A program made the position numbers and the translations under genes. Shown here piece by piece: positions 19,379-28,633 of a stretch of DNA of 64,000 nucleotides. Each line of letters opens with the position of its first letter. Position 1 is the stretch's first letter. The notes under the pieces were generated by a model that was given only the letters and a program-made list of their open reading frames with translations, did not search any database and had not been told where the DNA came from. The DNA comes from an uncultured Gammaproteobacteria bacterium (lineage in GTDB: Bacteria > Patescibacteriota > Microgenomatia > UBA1406 > GWC2-37-13): assembly GCA_964561915.1 (NCBI GenBank), contig CAZLQR010000005.1, forward strand, positions 49,263 through 113,262, in the 5' to 3' direction.

Positions 19379-19500
19379 ACAAAAATAGTAGTCGTCTCTC
19401 CCCTTTTTTACAACCGGTCAAAGCGGATCATCAAGGTTGTATACCAATTAAAATAATGAATTTGATGTTGACATATTGAGAGAGAGAGTACATTTAGCGT

Positions 19501-19824
19501 ATGTCAGAAACTGGCGAATATCCAAGCGTTAAAAGAGTCCGGGAGTATGCTAAGGGTATAAGTGACGGTAAACCACGAGTGCTTAATCCGGATTACAGTC
19601 GAGTTGTCAGTGATGAAGATAAACCGGGCGGTACTGGAAAAGCGCGTCCCAAAGAAGGAATACCTCCCCCTCCGGGCAGCGGTGTTGGATTTACCGGTAG
19701 TCCTTCTAGCAGGTTTGAAAAGCCTGAAGATCAGGGAGTTCCAGGCGTTAGAGGAGATGTTCATTTTGATGATCCCGCACAGGCTATGGACGATCTGGGC
19801 AAACCCGGAGGAAGAAAAGCTTAA
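19501..19824 (+). CDS. Possible small Pro/Gly-rich disordered protein (uncertain)
   Basis: Only ORF in a 600-bp gap. Two other overlapping ORFs in other frames/strands show that low stop-codon density here is compositional. Confidence 0.25.
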   Translation: MSETGEYPSVKRVREYAKGISDGKPRVLNPDYSRVVSDEDKPGGTGKARPKEGIPPPPGSGVGFTGSPSSRFEKPEDQGVPGVRGDVHFDDPAQAMDDLGKPGGRKA

Positions 19825-19983
19825 TCATTGCACATACTGACACTCACCTCTCTTGTTCAAAAGCTAGTACTTCGTGCTTCATATTTCGAAATGTAGTTAT
19901 CTAATAAGTAATCTCTTGTGGAAACTTAATAATGAAAGCAATTTTATTTGCATATAATCATATTGTATGATAATATTACTTAT

Positions 19984-20220
19984 ATGAAGCTTGTGCGAAC
20001 GTCAATAACAATACCGGAGGATCTTATGGACAGTGCTCGCGTTGAGGCTGCCCGAGAGAGGAAGTCCTTGAGCAGATACATCTCCGACAAACTCAAAAAT
20101 GAAGTGCCTGCAAAGACACGGAGTATCGACTTGGATGAAGTGTGCGGAGTATTTCACTCGGGCAAACCCAATTTTAAAGTTCCGTCCCGACACGTACTGT
20201 ATGGCAGAGAAGGTAGATAA
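19984..20220 (+). CDS. vapB: Ribbon-helix-helix (CopG/VapB-like) antitoxin
   Basis: MKLVRTSITIPEDLMDSARVEAARERKSLSRYISDKL is an RHH signature. Overlaps the PIN gene by 20 nt. Confidence 0.7.
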   Translation: MKLVRTSITIPEDLMDSARVEAARERKSLSRYISDKLKNEVPAKTRSIDLDEVCGVFHSGKPNFKVPSRHVLYGREGR

Positions 20221-20659
20221 AATCGCAATCGATACAAATTGTCTCGTATATTTACTGGACGCGGACTCTCAACATAATAGTAGCCTCAAGTCACTCTTCA
20301 GGGCATGTTTCAGTAAAAAAATAGAGCTATGCGCTGCAATGCAGATAATTCCCGAAGCTGTAAATACACTGGTTCGCGATTTTCATTTGGAGGCGGCTCA
20401 TGCGACGGCAATTGTTGAGAATTTCATCGATAGACTGAATGTCACGATTCTCTACCCTCGTACGGGAACTGTATCGTTGTTTTATGAGTATTCCACACAA
20501 ATATCCTTGAAAAACCGTACCTATGACATTTTGCTTGCCGCAACAATCGTAGATCGCGGCGTGAATATGCTCTGTACGTTAAATGTCAAAGATTTCAAAA
20601 ATCTACCGTATTTGACGGTGGGCACTCCCGTAGACATTATAAGAAGTATCTCGAATTAA
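20201..20659 (+). CDS. vapC: PIN-domain toxin (VapC-like)
   Basis: Starts MAEKVDKIAIDTNCLVYLLD (first PIN acidic residue), later ILLAATIV. The tracked ORF 20099.. is an upstream extension. Confidence 0.7.
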   Translation: MAEKVDKIAIDTNCLVYLLDADSQHNSSLKSLFRACFSKKIELCAAMQIIPEAVNTLVRDFHLEAAHATAIVENFIDRLNVTILYPRTGTVSLFYEYSTQISLKNRTYDILLAATIVDRGVNMLCTLNVKDFKNLPYLTVGTPVDIIRSISN

Positions 20660-20664
20660 ATTCG

Positions 20665-21204
20665 TCACACCTGCTTCTCTTTTTTGGTGGCGGTGACGCG
20701 GCCGCCCTGCCACTGGCCGCGGTACTTGTTGCCCCCTCCGGCTACTTCGTGGAACTGGATGTGGACGAAACGGGCGCCCATCTCGATGGTGACGGGGATG
20801 GCGCCCGCATTGAACATGCCGAAGGTGAGGCCGCCGGCGTAGCCCGGCGGCACGTTGCCTGTCCGGACCATAAGACCGCTTCTATATGTAGTAGACCTCG
20901 GCGTAATCGAAGCGGTAAGATTGGCGGGCATGTTGACTGTCTCAATGGTTTTCGTAAGAACGAATTGGCCCGGTTTGATGATTACCTTGCCGGGTTTGCG
21001 GGCGTCATACTGCTTCAGGAGTTTGATATCGGCAGTATGACGCTCCGTCACACCGAGGAATGCTTTGCCTGAGATTTTATATACCTCTCCCAGCCGGAGG
21101 TCGAATCCCGCTCCTTCCGGATTCGTCAGCTCGCGCTCGCTCAGATGCTCAACAAGTTTAATTTTTTTCACAAGTGCCAGTAATTTCTTTGGTCCCAGTA
21201 CCAT
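20665..21204 (-). CDS. dcd: dCTP deaminase / dUTPase-fold protein
   Basis: GAGFDLRLG, IIKPGQFVL, and PRSTTYRSGL...GNVPPGYAGGLTFGMFN pattern. Confidence 0.75.
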   Translation of the reverse strand: MVLGPKKLLALVKKIKLVEHLSERELTNPEGAGFDLRLGEVYKISGKAFLGVTERHTADIKLLKQYDARKPGKVIIKPGQFVLTKTIETVNMPANLTASITPRSTTYRSGLMVRTGNVPPGYAGGLTFGMFNAGAIPVTIEMGARFVHIQFHEVAGGGNKYRGQWQGGRVTATKKEKQV

Positions 21205-21224
21205 AGGTAATAGTATATATAACT

Positions 21225-21866
21225 TTATTGCCGTTTTTTCGTACGGACGCGGCGCGCGGGACTCCGGTCCAACTCCGCCCAGTCCCCCGCTACGAATCTG
21301 TTCCTACCCGAACGGTGCCAGTCGTGCGGATTAGCCCGCTGTATCTGCTTCCACAGCCGTTTCGCGGTCTTCGTATAGAGCGCGTTGTACACTGCTCGCG
21401 ACCGCATCGGCTGCCAGCTGTCTTTAAGTTTCTGATCTACAAGCGGCAGCTCCCGCAGCTCCATATCGACGTCGAGATTGTCCGCATCCTTGACGATCTT
21501 CGCCTCGATACTCTCCCGCATTTCGTATTCGTGCCACAGGGGAAGGAACTCTTCCTTGAGCACCGTCTTATCGAGCATGTCTTCGATCGCCAGATCTTCC
21601 TTGCGATCATTGTACTGGCGCGAGATATAGTGGACATCCCCCGTGCGGCTCTCGGTGATATCGTGCACGAGGGCCATCTTGATGATTGTGGAGATATCCC
21701 CTTTCTTCTCACTTTTGGCTATTACGAGCGCAATCCATATGACGCGGAATATATGCTCGGCAATGCTCCCCACTCCAACACGGAGAAACTGGATCCACGA
21801 CCGGTCGATATAGCGAAGCGTGCCCACTTCAAATAAAAACTCAAGATCCCTGTTTCTTTTTTTCAT
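21225..21866 (-). CDS. HD-domain phosphohydrolase (YfbR-like 5'-deoxynucleotidase family)
   Basis: SIAEHIFRV ... MALVHDITESRTGDV ... KDADNLD. The start at 21866 forms an ATGA overlap with the upstream stop. The tracked 21929 start looks like an over-extension. Confidence 0.7.
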   Translation of the reverse strand: MKKRNRDLEFLFEVGTLRYIDRSWIQFLRVGVGSIAEHIFRVIWIALVIAKSEKKGDISTIIKMALVHDITESRTGDVHYISRQYNDRKEDLAIEDMLDKTVLKEEFLPLWHEYEMRESIEAKIVKDADNLDVDMELRELPLVDQKLKDSWQPMRSRAVYNALYTKTAKRLWKQIQRANPHDWHRSGRNRFVAGDWAELDRSPARRVRTKKRQ

Positions 21867-22717
21867 GATCGAGATGCGATAAATTTTTTCCACCCGGCTC
21901 TTGCATCTTTGAATGCGGTCCGGACCCAATCTTTTTGGGAAGGATCCACATGATGTTCATGCATGTCCTGCGGCATTGTATCACAAACGTGGGAGATGAT
22001 CATATGGGCTTTGCCGGTAAGATGATTGTGAATTACCCTGGATTGTCCGGCAGCATCAAGCACGTGGCGGAAGTGAAAGGCAAATACGCTGTGCACGAGG
22101 CTCGACACATTCTTGAGCAATTCCCTGTCCCGGATACTATGAGCCGTGCGCCATGCCCGGAGCGCGGTTCGCAAATATCCCCACTTCTCGATCGCGTCAA
22201 AATGTGCGCCAAGCAGAGTCCTGCCCTTCTCAAACACTATTACGGGTATCATGTCGGCTGTCGCTTGGTCGATCGACCAGCGAAGTTCCTGCATCAGCAT
22301 GCTCCGTAGTATCTCTTTCTCCCTCACGGTGTGTTCTCTGGTCTTAAGCGGAAGGAGAATATCGCCCGTCACCGCCTCCCCCCAGTCGTGAGTGATCGCG
22401 GCCAGCAGCAGCAATCGTTTCTCGTCAAACGTGACTGACGGATGCAGAGCCAGATACTCGCGGGTAAGTAAGTAGGTGGTATACAAATGGTGAAGGTTGT
22501 TTGCATCCGGACCAAGGTGTGCGCACCATTCTTCGTTTGTCATATTCCCGGGCTTGTAAAGTCCGAAACGGATACTTTTGAGGAGCGTTTTTCCGCCGGT
22601 TGTGGCGGAATAACGCTGGTGGATAGCGCAAAAAGAAAGTCTTCCTTTTTTCGTTTCGAGTCCCCGGGGCAGCATGCGGCGATTGTATGCAGAAACGGGA
22701 ATGTTTTCAACCCCCAA
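21863..22717 (-). CDS. Second HD-domain hydrolase-like protein
   Basis: LLLAAITHDWGEAVTGDILLP metal-binding-like motif. The start is uncertain, with several in-frame Met. Confidence 0.55.
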   Translation of the reverse strand: MGVENIPVSAYNRRMLPRGLETKKGRLSFCAIHQRYSATTGGKTLLKSIRFGLYKPGNMTNEEWCAHLGPDANNLHHLYTTYLLTREYLALHPSVTFDEKRLLLLAAITHDWGEAVTGDILLPLKTREHTVREKEILRSMLMQELRWSIDQATADMIPVIVFEKGRTLLGAHFDAIEKWGYLRTALRAWRTAHSIRDRELLKNVSSLVHSVFAFHFRHVLDAAGQSRVIHNHLTGKAHMIISHVCDTMPQDMHEHHVDPSQKDWVRTAFKDARAGWKKFIASRS

Positions 22718-22734
22718 ACTGCTACAATGAATTT

Positions 22735-23751
22735 ATGGCCCGGGAGGTAATAATTTATGATCCGACGGCAGGCGATTTGTTGAGCAAAGTACGCGGGATC
22801 GGGCGATACATGCAGATCCTTCGTGAGAGCTTCGAGGGACACTATCGGTTCACCAGCGAACTCGAGGATGTGGCGGCGGACTCCGTATTCGTCAATCCGT
22901 TCCTCAATCCGATACGGAATCCGCTCATCACGAGGCGCGTCGCGCGCAAGCAGATCGCTGTCATCCACGATGTCATACCGCTAAAATATCCTACATATTT
23001 CCCGCTCGGTATCAGGGGGAAATTCACCGTGTTTCGCAACCGCCGCACGCTCCGGCTCTACGACCTGTTCCTGACCGATTCGGAGAAAAGCAAGAAGGAT
23101 ATCGTGAAAATCCTCGGTATACCTGCGAAAAAAATCGTCGTTGTCCATCCCTGCCTCCCGGAGGACTTCGAATCGTACATAGAAGTTCCGCTCCCCCACA
23201 ACGTTCCCGCGAACTATTTCCTGTACGTCGGCGATATCACATGGAACAAAAATATCGCAATGATTGCGCGCGCCGTGCGGCGCGCGGATACGTCGTGCGT
23301 ATTCGTGGGGAAAGCGTTCGCCACGATGGAAGCAGTTAGCAGTAATCCATGGCTTGACGAATTCCGGCATTTCGTGAAGGAAGTGCAGGACGATCCCCGC
23401 TTCATCTTCCCCGGGTATATAGACAACGAAACACTGAAATCGCTCTATACCCATGCCGTGGCGAACATCCTGATATCGCATGATGAGGGATTCGGTTTCT
23501 CCTACATAGAAGCCGCAAGCCAGAAAACTCCGTCAATCCTCTCAGACATACCGGTGTTCCGCGAGATTGCCGGAGAGCATGCCGTGTTCGTGAACCACAC
23601 CGATGAAGAATCGGTGGCGCAGGCGATCCGGATGCTTGCCGGATCGCCCAAAGAACGCAGGAAAATCGGTGTGGATGCATACCGTGCAGTCGATAGATAC
23701 CGAAAGCCGGTGTTCCGTGAAACATTCCAAAGCATTGTCGGTTCGCTATGA
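22735..23751 (+). CDS. Glycosyltransferase family 4 (GT-B, Glycos_transf_1)
   Basis: HDEGFGFSYIEAASQKTPSILSDIPVFREIAG motif. Start taken at MAREVIIYD to avoid overlapping the divergent HD gene. Confidence 0.8.
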   Translation: MAREVIIYDPTAGDLLSKVRGIGRYMQILRESFEGHYRFTSELEDVAADSVFVNPFLNPIRNPLITRRVARKQIAVIHDVIPLKYPTYFPLGIRGKFTVFRNRRTLRLYDLFLTDSEKSKKDIVKILGIPAKKIVVVHPCLPEDFESYIEVPLPHNVPANYFLYVGDITWNKNIAMIARAVRRADTSCVFVGKAFATMEAVSSNPWLDEFRHFVKEVQDDPRFIFPGYIDNETLKSLYTHAVANILISHDEGFGFSYIEAASQKTPSILSDIPVFREIAGEHAVFVNHTDEESVAQAIRMLAGSPKERRKIGVDAYRAVDRYRKPVFRETFQSIVGSL

Positions 23752-25295
23752 AAAAATTTGCTCTCATGCTCGGATTGTCCCTCTTTGCGATCGTGTTCAT
23801 GTGTATCGCGCCGGCGCCGGCGGAGGCTCAATACCACATCACTCCGCAGGGCGCCGGCAACCGCTCCGGCACCAGCTTCGAGAATGCGACCACGCTGGAC
23901 GATCTTCAGAGACTGACCGGCCTGCTGAACGGGAGGGGCGGCGGGATCACGATCTATCCCGGCATTTACCGGAATGCGCAGGCTGTCGTAGCCGGCAGCG
24001 GTACCGCGCTGAGTCCGATCATCATCCACGGCCAAAGCTCTAATAATCCCGATTTCATGGCACGGTTCACGGGATCGCAATTCGTGATATTTGGCGGCAT
24101 CGCAAATGTGGAGATCACGGACGTCATGTTTGACGACTGCACTACTTGCGTATTTGTGCAGGGTGGTATCACAAACATCGCCCTGCAGGATATGCTCGCG
24201 CAAAATGTAGATACTTTCTTCGACGGCGGCAATCCCGGTGCGCCGATCACGAATGATACGCTGTCGTTCAGCAACATCAAAATCGAAGGGTATACCCTGT
24301 CCGGTTTCCGGCTCGTGGGCACTTCAAACAACGTACTTTTCAATAATATCTATATCCAGCAAAATCAGGCGGACTACAACCCCGCAACGCCGACCCATGC
24401 GGCGATCGAACTCCATGATACGGCCAACAATGTCACTATTAACCGCACATCGGTGATAAGCAGGAACGACAATGTGGGCGGCGGAGACCCTCCCAATACG
24501 GACGGGATTTGGGCAGGTGCAGAGACAAATAACGTGACGATCACCGATACGTTTGCCGCAAGCTATACCGACGCAGGGATCGAGCTCGAATCACAAGTCG
24601 CGACGTTGAATCGTGTCACTGTCGTTGGGAACCGGTCGAATCTCATCCTGACCCAGAATGTGCCGGCTCCTGCACCCAATGCATTTACTATTACGAACCT
24701 GAATAGTACCAATCCGTTCGATGCGCATATTGAAGCGACGGACAGCGATGTGGACACCCTCGTCGCGGTCGTGACCGATGGATTGTTCGAGACCGGGCCG
24801 ACGATGACCAATCCCAACGTCATGACGGGAGAATGGATCGTGGATTCTTATCGGTGTGCGCTCGTACAGATTAACGGCGGGATCGTCAATCACGGGACGG
24901 ACTATGCGACACGGGTGCGGGAAGACGGTTCCTGTCCCGGCACACCGAAAGTGACATTCACTGACGTGGAGCTTGGTCCCAACCCAAATATTGTCGCCCT
25001 CCCCGTCGTACCGGACAACACCACTGTCGGACGAGGTATCATCGGCGAGAATGAAGCCGGTTTCGCACTGACAAGCGGTAATAAACGCAGAGGACTCGAA
25101 TTCGACTTCACCTGGTATGCGATCGCTTCCCTTCTCTACATCATGATCATCCATTTCGCGTTTTCGATCAATAAGCACTTCGAGCTTCAGCTGATTGTTG
25201 CGATATTTATTTTCGGTGCAATTGTGGGGTGGTACTTCCACCGTTTCGACATCGGGTTTATCATGGCAGTGGTCATGTCACTTCTGTTCTGGTAA
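23748..25295 (+). CDS. Secreted right-handed beta-helix repeat protein with C-terminal TM anchor
   Basis: Signal peptide ending APAEA|Q. Repeated NVxIxxT-type beta-helix rungs. Three hydrophobic helices at the C-terminus. 4-nt overlap with the GT4 gene. Confidence 0.6.
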   Translation: MKKFALMLGLSLFAIVFMCIAPAPAEAQYHITPQGAGNRSGTSFENATTLDDLQRLTGLLNGRGGGITIYPGIYRNAQAVVAGSGTALSPIIIHGQSSNNPDFMARFTGSQFVIFGGIANVEITDVMFDDCTTCVFVQGGITNIALQDMLAQNVDTFFDGGNPGAPITNDTLSFSNIKIEGYTLSGFRLVGTSNNVLFNNIYIQQNQADYNPATPTHAAIELHDTANNVTINRTSVISRNDNVGGGDPPNTDGIWAGAETNNVTITDTFAASYTDAGIELESQVATLNRVTVVGNRSNLILTQNVPAPAPNAFTITNLNSTNPFDAHIEATDSDVDTLVAVVTDGLFETGPTMTNPNVMTGEWIVDSYRCALVQINGGIVNHGTDYATRVREDGSCPGTPKVTFTDVELGPNPNIVALPVVPDNTTVGRGIIGENEAGFALTSGNKRRGLEFDFTWYAIASLLYIMIIHFAFSINKHFELQLIVAIFIFGAIVGWYFHRFDIGFIMAVVMSLLFW

Positions 25296-26114
25296 GCGAA
25301 AGAGGCGGACAGCATTTGCGGTCGTATGGCGGATTACGTCTTGCATAGACATCGCCTTCAGTGTTGCGACGTGCTCCGCGATATACGGGAGGTATGCGGG
25401 TTCGTTCTTCGGCCTCTTCCTGGCCGAAGAACGAACAGGCTCCGGCGTGAGAAACGGCGAATCAGTCTCAAGTACAAGTCGCCCTATTGGAACGCTCCGT
25501 ATGAACTCCTGTTTCGCCGCATCAAACGTCACGTCCCCGTCGACACCGATATAGCAGTCGTGGGAGTCGGCAAAGTGGATGAATTCCGGATCCGGCTCGC
25601 AGCAGTGGAGTACGGTACGGCCGGCGAGCCGGCCGTCCCAGCTCTTCTTCAGTACCGACAAGAAATCATTCTTTGCCTCTCTGTTGTGCAGGATGAGGCT
25701 TTTGTCATAAGTAAGAGCGAGCGAAATCTGTACACGGAGAGCATTCTTTTGTCTCTCTATGAACGAGTCGTCTATCGCATATTCGCGATATTTCGTCATC
25801 TGATAATAATGGCGGTCCATGCCGACTTCCCCTACCGCTACGACTTCCGGATGCGACCGCAGAAGATCTTCAAGATCCCGCAGATGTTGGGCTAGGACTG
25901 CAGGATCTGCTTCAAAAACGTGGTGGGGATGGATGCCGACCGCTGCAAATACGGAAGGATGTTCGGCGGCAATCGCGATTGCCGCCCTCGACGTATCAAT
26001 ATCAGTTCCCGGGACTATGAACGTATCCACGCCCGCTGTCCGAGCTGACCGGATGACATCATCAACACGGCCTTCAAAAGCCCCGAACTGTAGATGACAA
26101 TGGGTGTCTATCAT
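25278..26114 (-). CDS. tatD: TatD-family metal-dependent hydrolase
   Basis: Starts MIDTHCHLQ, with later conserved H/E/D positions. The 121 codons upstream in the tracked ORF overlap the divergent membrane gene and are Ala-rich junk. Confidence 0.85.
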   Translation of the reverse strand: MIDTHCHLQFGAFEGRVDDVIRSARTAGVDTFIVPGTDIDTSRAAIAIAAEHPSVFAAVGIHPHHVFEADPAVLAQHLRDLEDLLRSHPEVVAVGEVGMDRHYYQMTKYREYAIDDSFIERQKNALRVQISLALTYDKSLILHNREAKNDFLSVLKKSWDGRLAGRTVLHCCEPDPEFIHFADSHDCYIGVDGDVTFDAAKQEFIRSVPIGRLVLETDSPFLTPEPVRSSARKRPKNEPAYLPYIAEHVATLKAMSMQDVIRHTTANAVRLFRLPEQK

Positions 26115-26154
26115 TGCATATTTGCTGTTGACAACGGCATTATTGTATCTTACC

Positions 26155-26637
26155 ATGTTCGTAATGGCTTCACAGAGTTCCGATGCAACCAAGTCGCTCT
26201 CCAAGCTCGAAGATTCTCTCAACGATATATTTGTCAAGAAAGCGCCGTTCCAGCTCCCGGACAACGTCAAGGAAATCATCGTCACGTTCGCGCCCTGGCT
26301 GTCGCTCATCTTCGCTTTATTGGCAATCCCGTTGCTGATTGCGGCACTTGGGTTCAGCGCGTTGCTCAGTCCGTTTGCCGCGCTTGGAGGAGCACGGAGC
26401 GCAGCTGCGGCGGCGGCTGGTCTGATTGCGGGGATCCCGCTTCTTGGTGCAGTTATCCTCGAACTTTTGTCAGTCAAAGGTCTTCTGGCACGGAAAAAAT
26501 CCGGCTGGAATCTGGCGTTTTACGCAACGCTTGCCTCGCTGCTTTCGAACATACTGTCATACGACTTGTTCAATGCCGTCATTGGCACGGTCATCTCGTG
26601 GTACATCCTCTTCCAAGTTCGAAGCTACTACAAGTAA
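26155..26637 (+). CDS. Conserved small membrane protein (3-4 TM)
   Basis: Soluble N-terminus (KAPFQLPDNVKEIIVTFAPWLSLI), then hydrophobic helices. Start is uncertain: 26104, 26155 or 26164. Confidence 0.55.
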   Translation: MFVMASQSSDATKSLSKLEDSLNDIFVKKAPFQLPDNVKEIIVTFAPWLSLIFALLAIPLLIAALGFSALLSPFAALGGARSAAAAAAGLIAGIPLLGAVILELLSVKGLLARKKSGWNLAFYATLASLLSNILSYDLFNAVIGTVISWYILFQVRSYYK

Positions 26638-26698
26638 CACTCCGTCTGCTGCAAGCGTTGATCCGTGATCCTGTTTTTGGTATCATTGTCATGTTAGT

Positions 26699-27874
26699 AT
26701 GACTTTGTTTGAGGCCTTACATCGCTCCAAGAAATCACGCGCGCGTACTGGCGTCCTGAAGACAGCGCACGGTACGGTTCATACGCCGACGTTCGTACCG
26801 TGCGCCACGAAGGGTACGCTCAAGGGATTGATGCCCGATCTCATCCCCGAAGTGCATGTGCAGCTCGCGTTCGTCAACACATACCATTTGGTGACGCATC
26901 CCGGACCGGAGGTATTGGATGCGGCAGGAGGAATACACACATATAGCCGACTGCCGATACCGCTTATGTCCGATTCCGGAGGTTTCCAGGTATTCTCGCT
27001 CGGACGCAATGAACGCCGTACCGCGAAGCTCCGCGCAGACAGCAGCGAGGAGCCGCTTCTCATCAAAATATCGGAAGACGGTGTGAAATTCCGCTCGACT
27101 CACGATGGTGCAGTGCTTGAGTTCACGCCGGAAAAATCCATACAATATCAGCGTTCTATCGGTGCGGACCTGGTCATGGCGTTTGACGAATGTACGTACC
27201 ACCCCGCAACCCACAAGTATGCGGAAAAATCAATGAACAGGACACACGAATGGCTTGCGCGGTGCATCGCGGAAATGGGCAAAAAACGCACCGATCGACC
27301 GCCCCAACATCTCTATGGGATCATTCAGGGCGGACAATATGAAGATCTGCGCACGTTGTCCGCCCGCCACACGACGAAACAACCGACAGAGGGCACCGCG
27401 ATCGGCGGCGTCTCCGTCGGTGAGACCAAGGATGAAATGCGCGCACAAGTGCAGTGGTGCGCACCCTTCCTCCCCGATGAGAAGCCGGTACACCTTCTCG
27501 GCATCGGCCAGTTTGACGATATCATCGATCTCATCGGTTATGGTATCGACACCTTTGACTGTGTAGAGCCGACCCGGCTCGCCCGTATGGGTGTACTCTT
27601 CCAGTGGGGATTCGTCGCACAGCTTTTAGATGGGTCAGCAAGACCGCACCGGTACTCGATCGATATTCACAAGTCGCCCTACAGATCGGATATGTCCGCG
27701 CCGGATGAGCTCTGTCCCTGCCGCGTATGCACTTCCTTCAGCAAATCCTATCTCCATCATGTTTTCAAACAGCGAGAGCTCCTCGGCTACACGCTTGCGA
27801 CGTACCATAATCTCTTCACGATGGAGCGCTTGATGCAGGAGCTCGCGTATCGGATAGAACACGATCGTCTGTAA
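26699..27874 (+). CDS. tgt: tRNA-guanine transglycosylase (queuine tRNA-ribosyltransferase)
   Basis: RTGVLKTAHGTVHTPTFVP, MSDSGGFQVFSL, and the Zn site CPCRVC...H. Confidence 0.92.
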   Translation: MTLFEALHRSKKSRARTGVLKTAHGTVHTPTFVPCATKGTLKGLMPDLIPEVHVQLAFVNTYHLVTHPGPEVLDAAGGIHTYSRLPIPLMSDSGGFQVFSLGRNERRTAKLRADSSEEPLLIKISEDGVKFRSTHDGAVLEFTPEKSIQYQRSIGADLVMAFDECTYHPATHKYAEKSMNRTHEWLARCIAEMGKKRTDRPPQHLYGIIQGGQYEDLRTLSARHTTKQPTEGTAIGGVSVGETKDEMRAQVQWCAPFLPDEKPVHLLGIGQFDDIIDLIGYGIDTFDCVEPTRLARMGVLFQWGFVAQLLDGSARPHRYSIDIHKSPYRSDMSAPDELCPCRVCTSFSKSYLHHVFKQRELLGYTLATYHNLFTMERLMQELAYRIEHDRL

Positions 27875-27889
27875 GGGTATAATAGCGAT

Positions 27890-28633
27890 ATGACATACAC
27901 GAAGGAAACACTCGAATCACATCTGGCGGAGGAGCACAAGATCACTCCGTTTTCGGAGTATCTCAAAGAGATCGTGTATGGGGGCAACGACGGCATCGTC
28001 ACCACGTTTGCCGTCGTTGCGGGGTTCGCCGGTGCCCAGGGCACCGGCTCCATCTCCACGCTCCCTTTCCTGACCGTGCTCCTGTTCGGTCTTGCCAACC
28101 TTTTTGCCGATGGTGCATCCATGGGGCTTGGCAACTTCCTGTCTTTGCGGTCCGAGCAGGATGTCTTCAAAAGTTCGGAAAAAAAAGAACTGTATGAAAT
28201 AACACACAACCCGGAAATGGAAAAAGCGGAAACGATCGAGATCCTCATGCAGAGAGGATATACCAAGCCGGATGCGGTGAAGATGACCGAACTCTATATG
28301 AAAAATCCCAAGTACTGGCTCGAGTTCATGATGAACCAGGAGCTGGAGATGATCAATCCGGAAGGCAGGAATGCCCTTTTCAACGGTCTTGCGACATTCA
28401 GTTCGTTCCTCGTATTCGGTTTCATTCCGCTTATCCCCTATATTTTCTTCCGGGGATACGACAATATATTCCAGATTTCGGCGGTATTCACCGGTATCGC
28501 TCTGGTACTGCTTGGTCTGCTCCGCTGGAGGGTGACGCGCGAGAATATCCTCCGCTCGGTGGGAGAGATAGTTCTTATCGGCGGAGTCTCTGCGGTGATC
28601 GCGTATCTGGTGGGATCATTTTTTCGAATATGA
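27890..28633 (+). CDS. VIT1/CCC1-family iron/manganese transporter
   Basis: VYGGNDGIVTTFAVVAGFAGA signature, central soluble helix bundle, C-terminal TM helices. Confidence 0.8.
   Translation: MTYTKETLESHLAEEHKITPFSEYLKEIVYGGNDGIVTTFAVVAGFAGAQGTGSISTLPFLTVLLFGLANLFADGASMGLGNFLSLRSEQDVFKSSEKKELYEITHNPEMEKAETIEILMQRGYTKPDAVKMTELYMKNPKYWLEFMMNQELEMINPEGRNALFNGLATFSSFLVFGFIPLIPYIFFRGYDNIFQISAVFTGIALVLLGLLRWRVTRENILRSVGEIVLIGGVSAVIAYLVGSFFRI

Noticed and set aside
19535-19620. Short resemblance to RNase P RNA conserved regions (AAAAGAGTCCGGGAG, TAAGGGTATAAGTG, CGGTAAACCACGAG; later CAAACCCGGAGG at ~19800)
   Set aside because: The near-invariant GGAAAGUCC is not present. The putative P4 strands pair only over CCGGG/CCCGG, and the flanking bases are not complementary. 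Judged coincidental, but an Rfam RF00010 scan would settle it.
20099-20200. Longer 186-aa version of the PIN gene
   Set aside because: The PIN domain begins at MAEKVDKIAIDTN (20201). The extension overlaps most of the RHH antitoxin gene in another frame.
26115-26477. N-terminal 121-codon extension of the TatD ORF
   Set aside because: The canonical TatD start MIDTHCH is at 26114. The extension is Ala/Ser-rich and overlaps the divergent membrane-protein gene.
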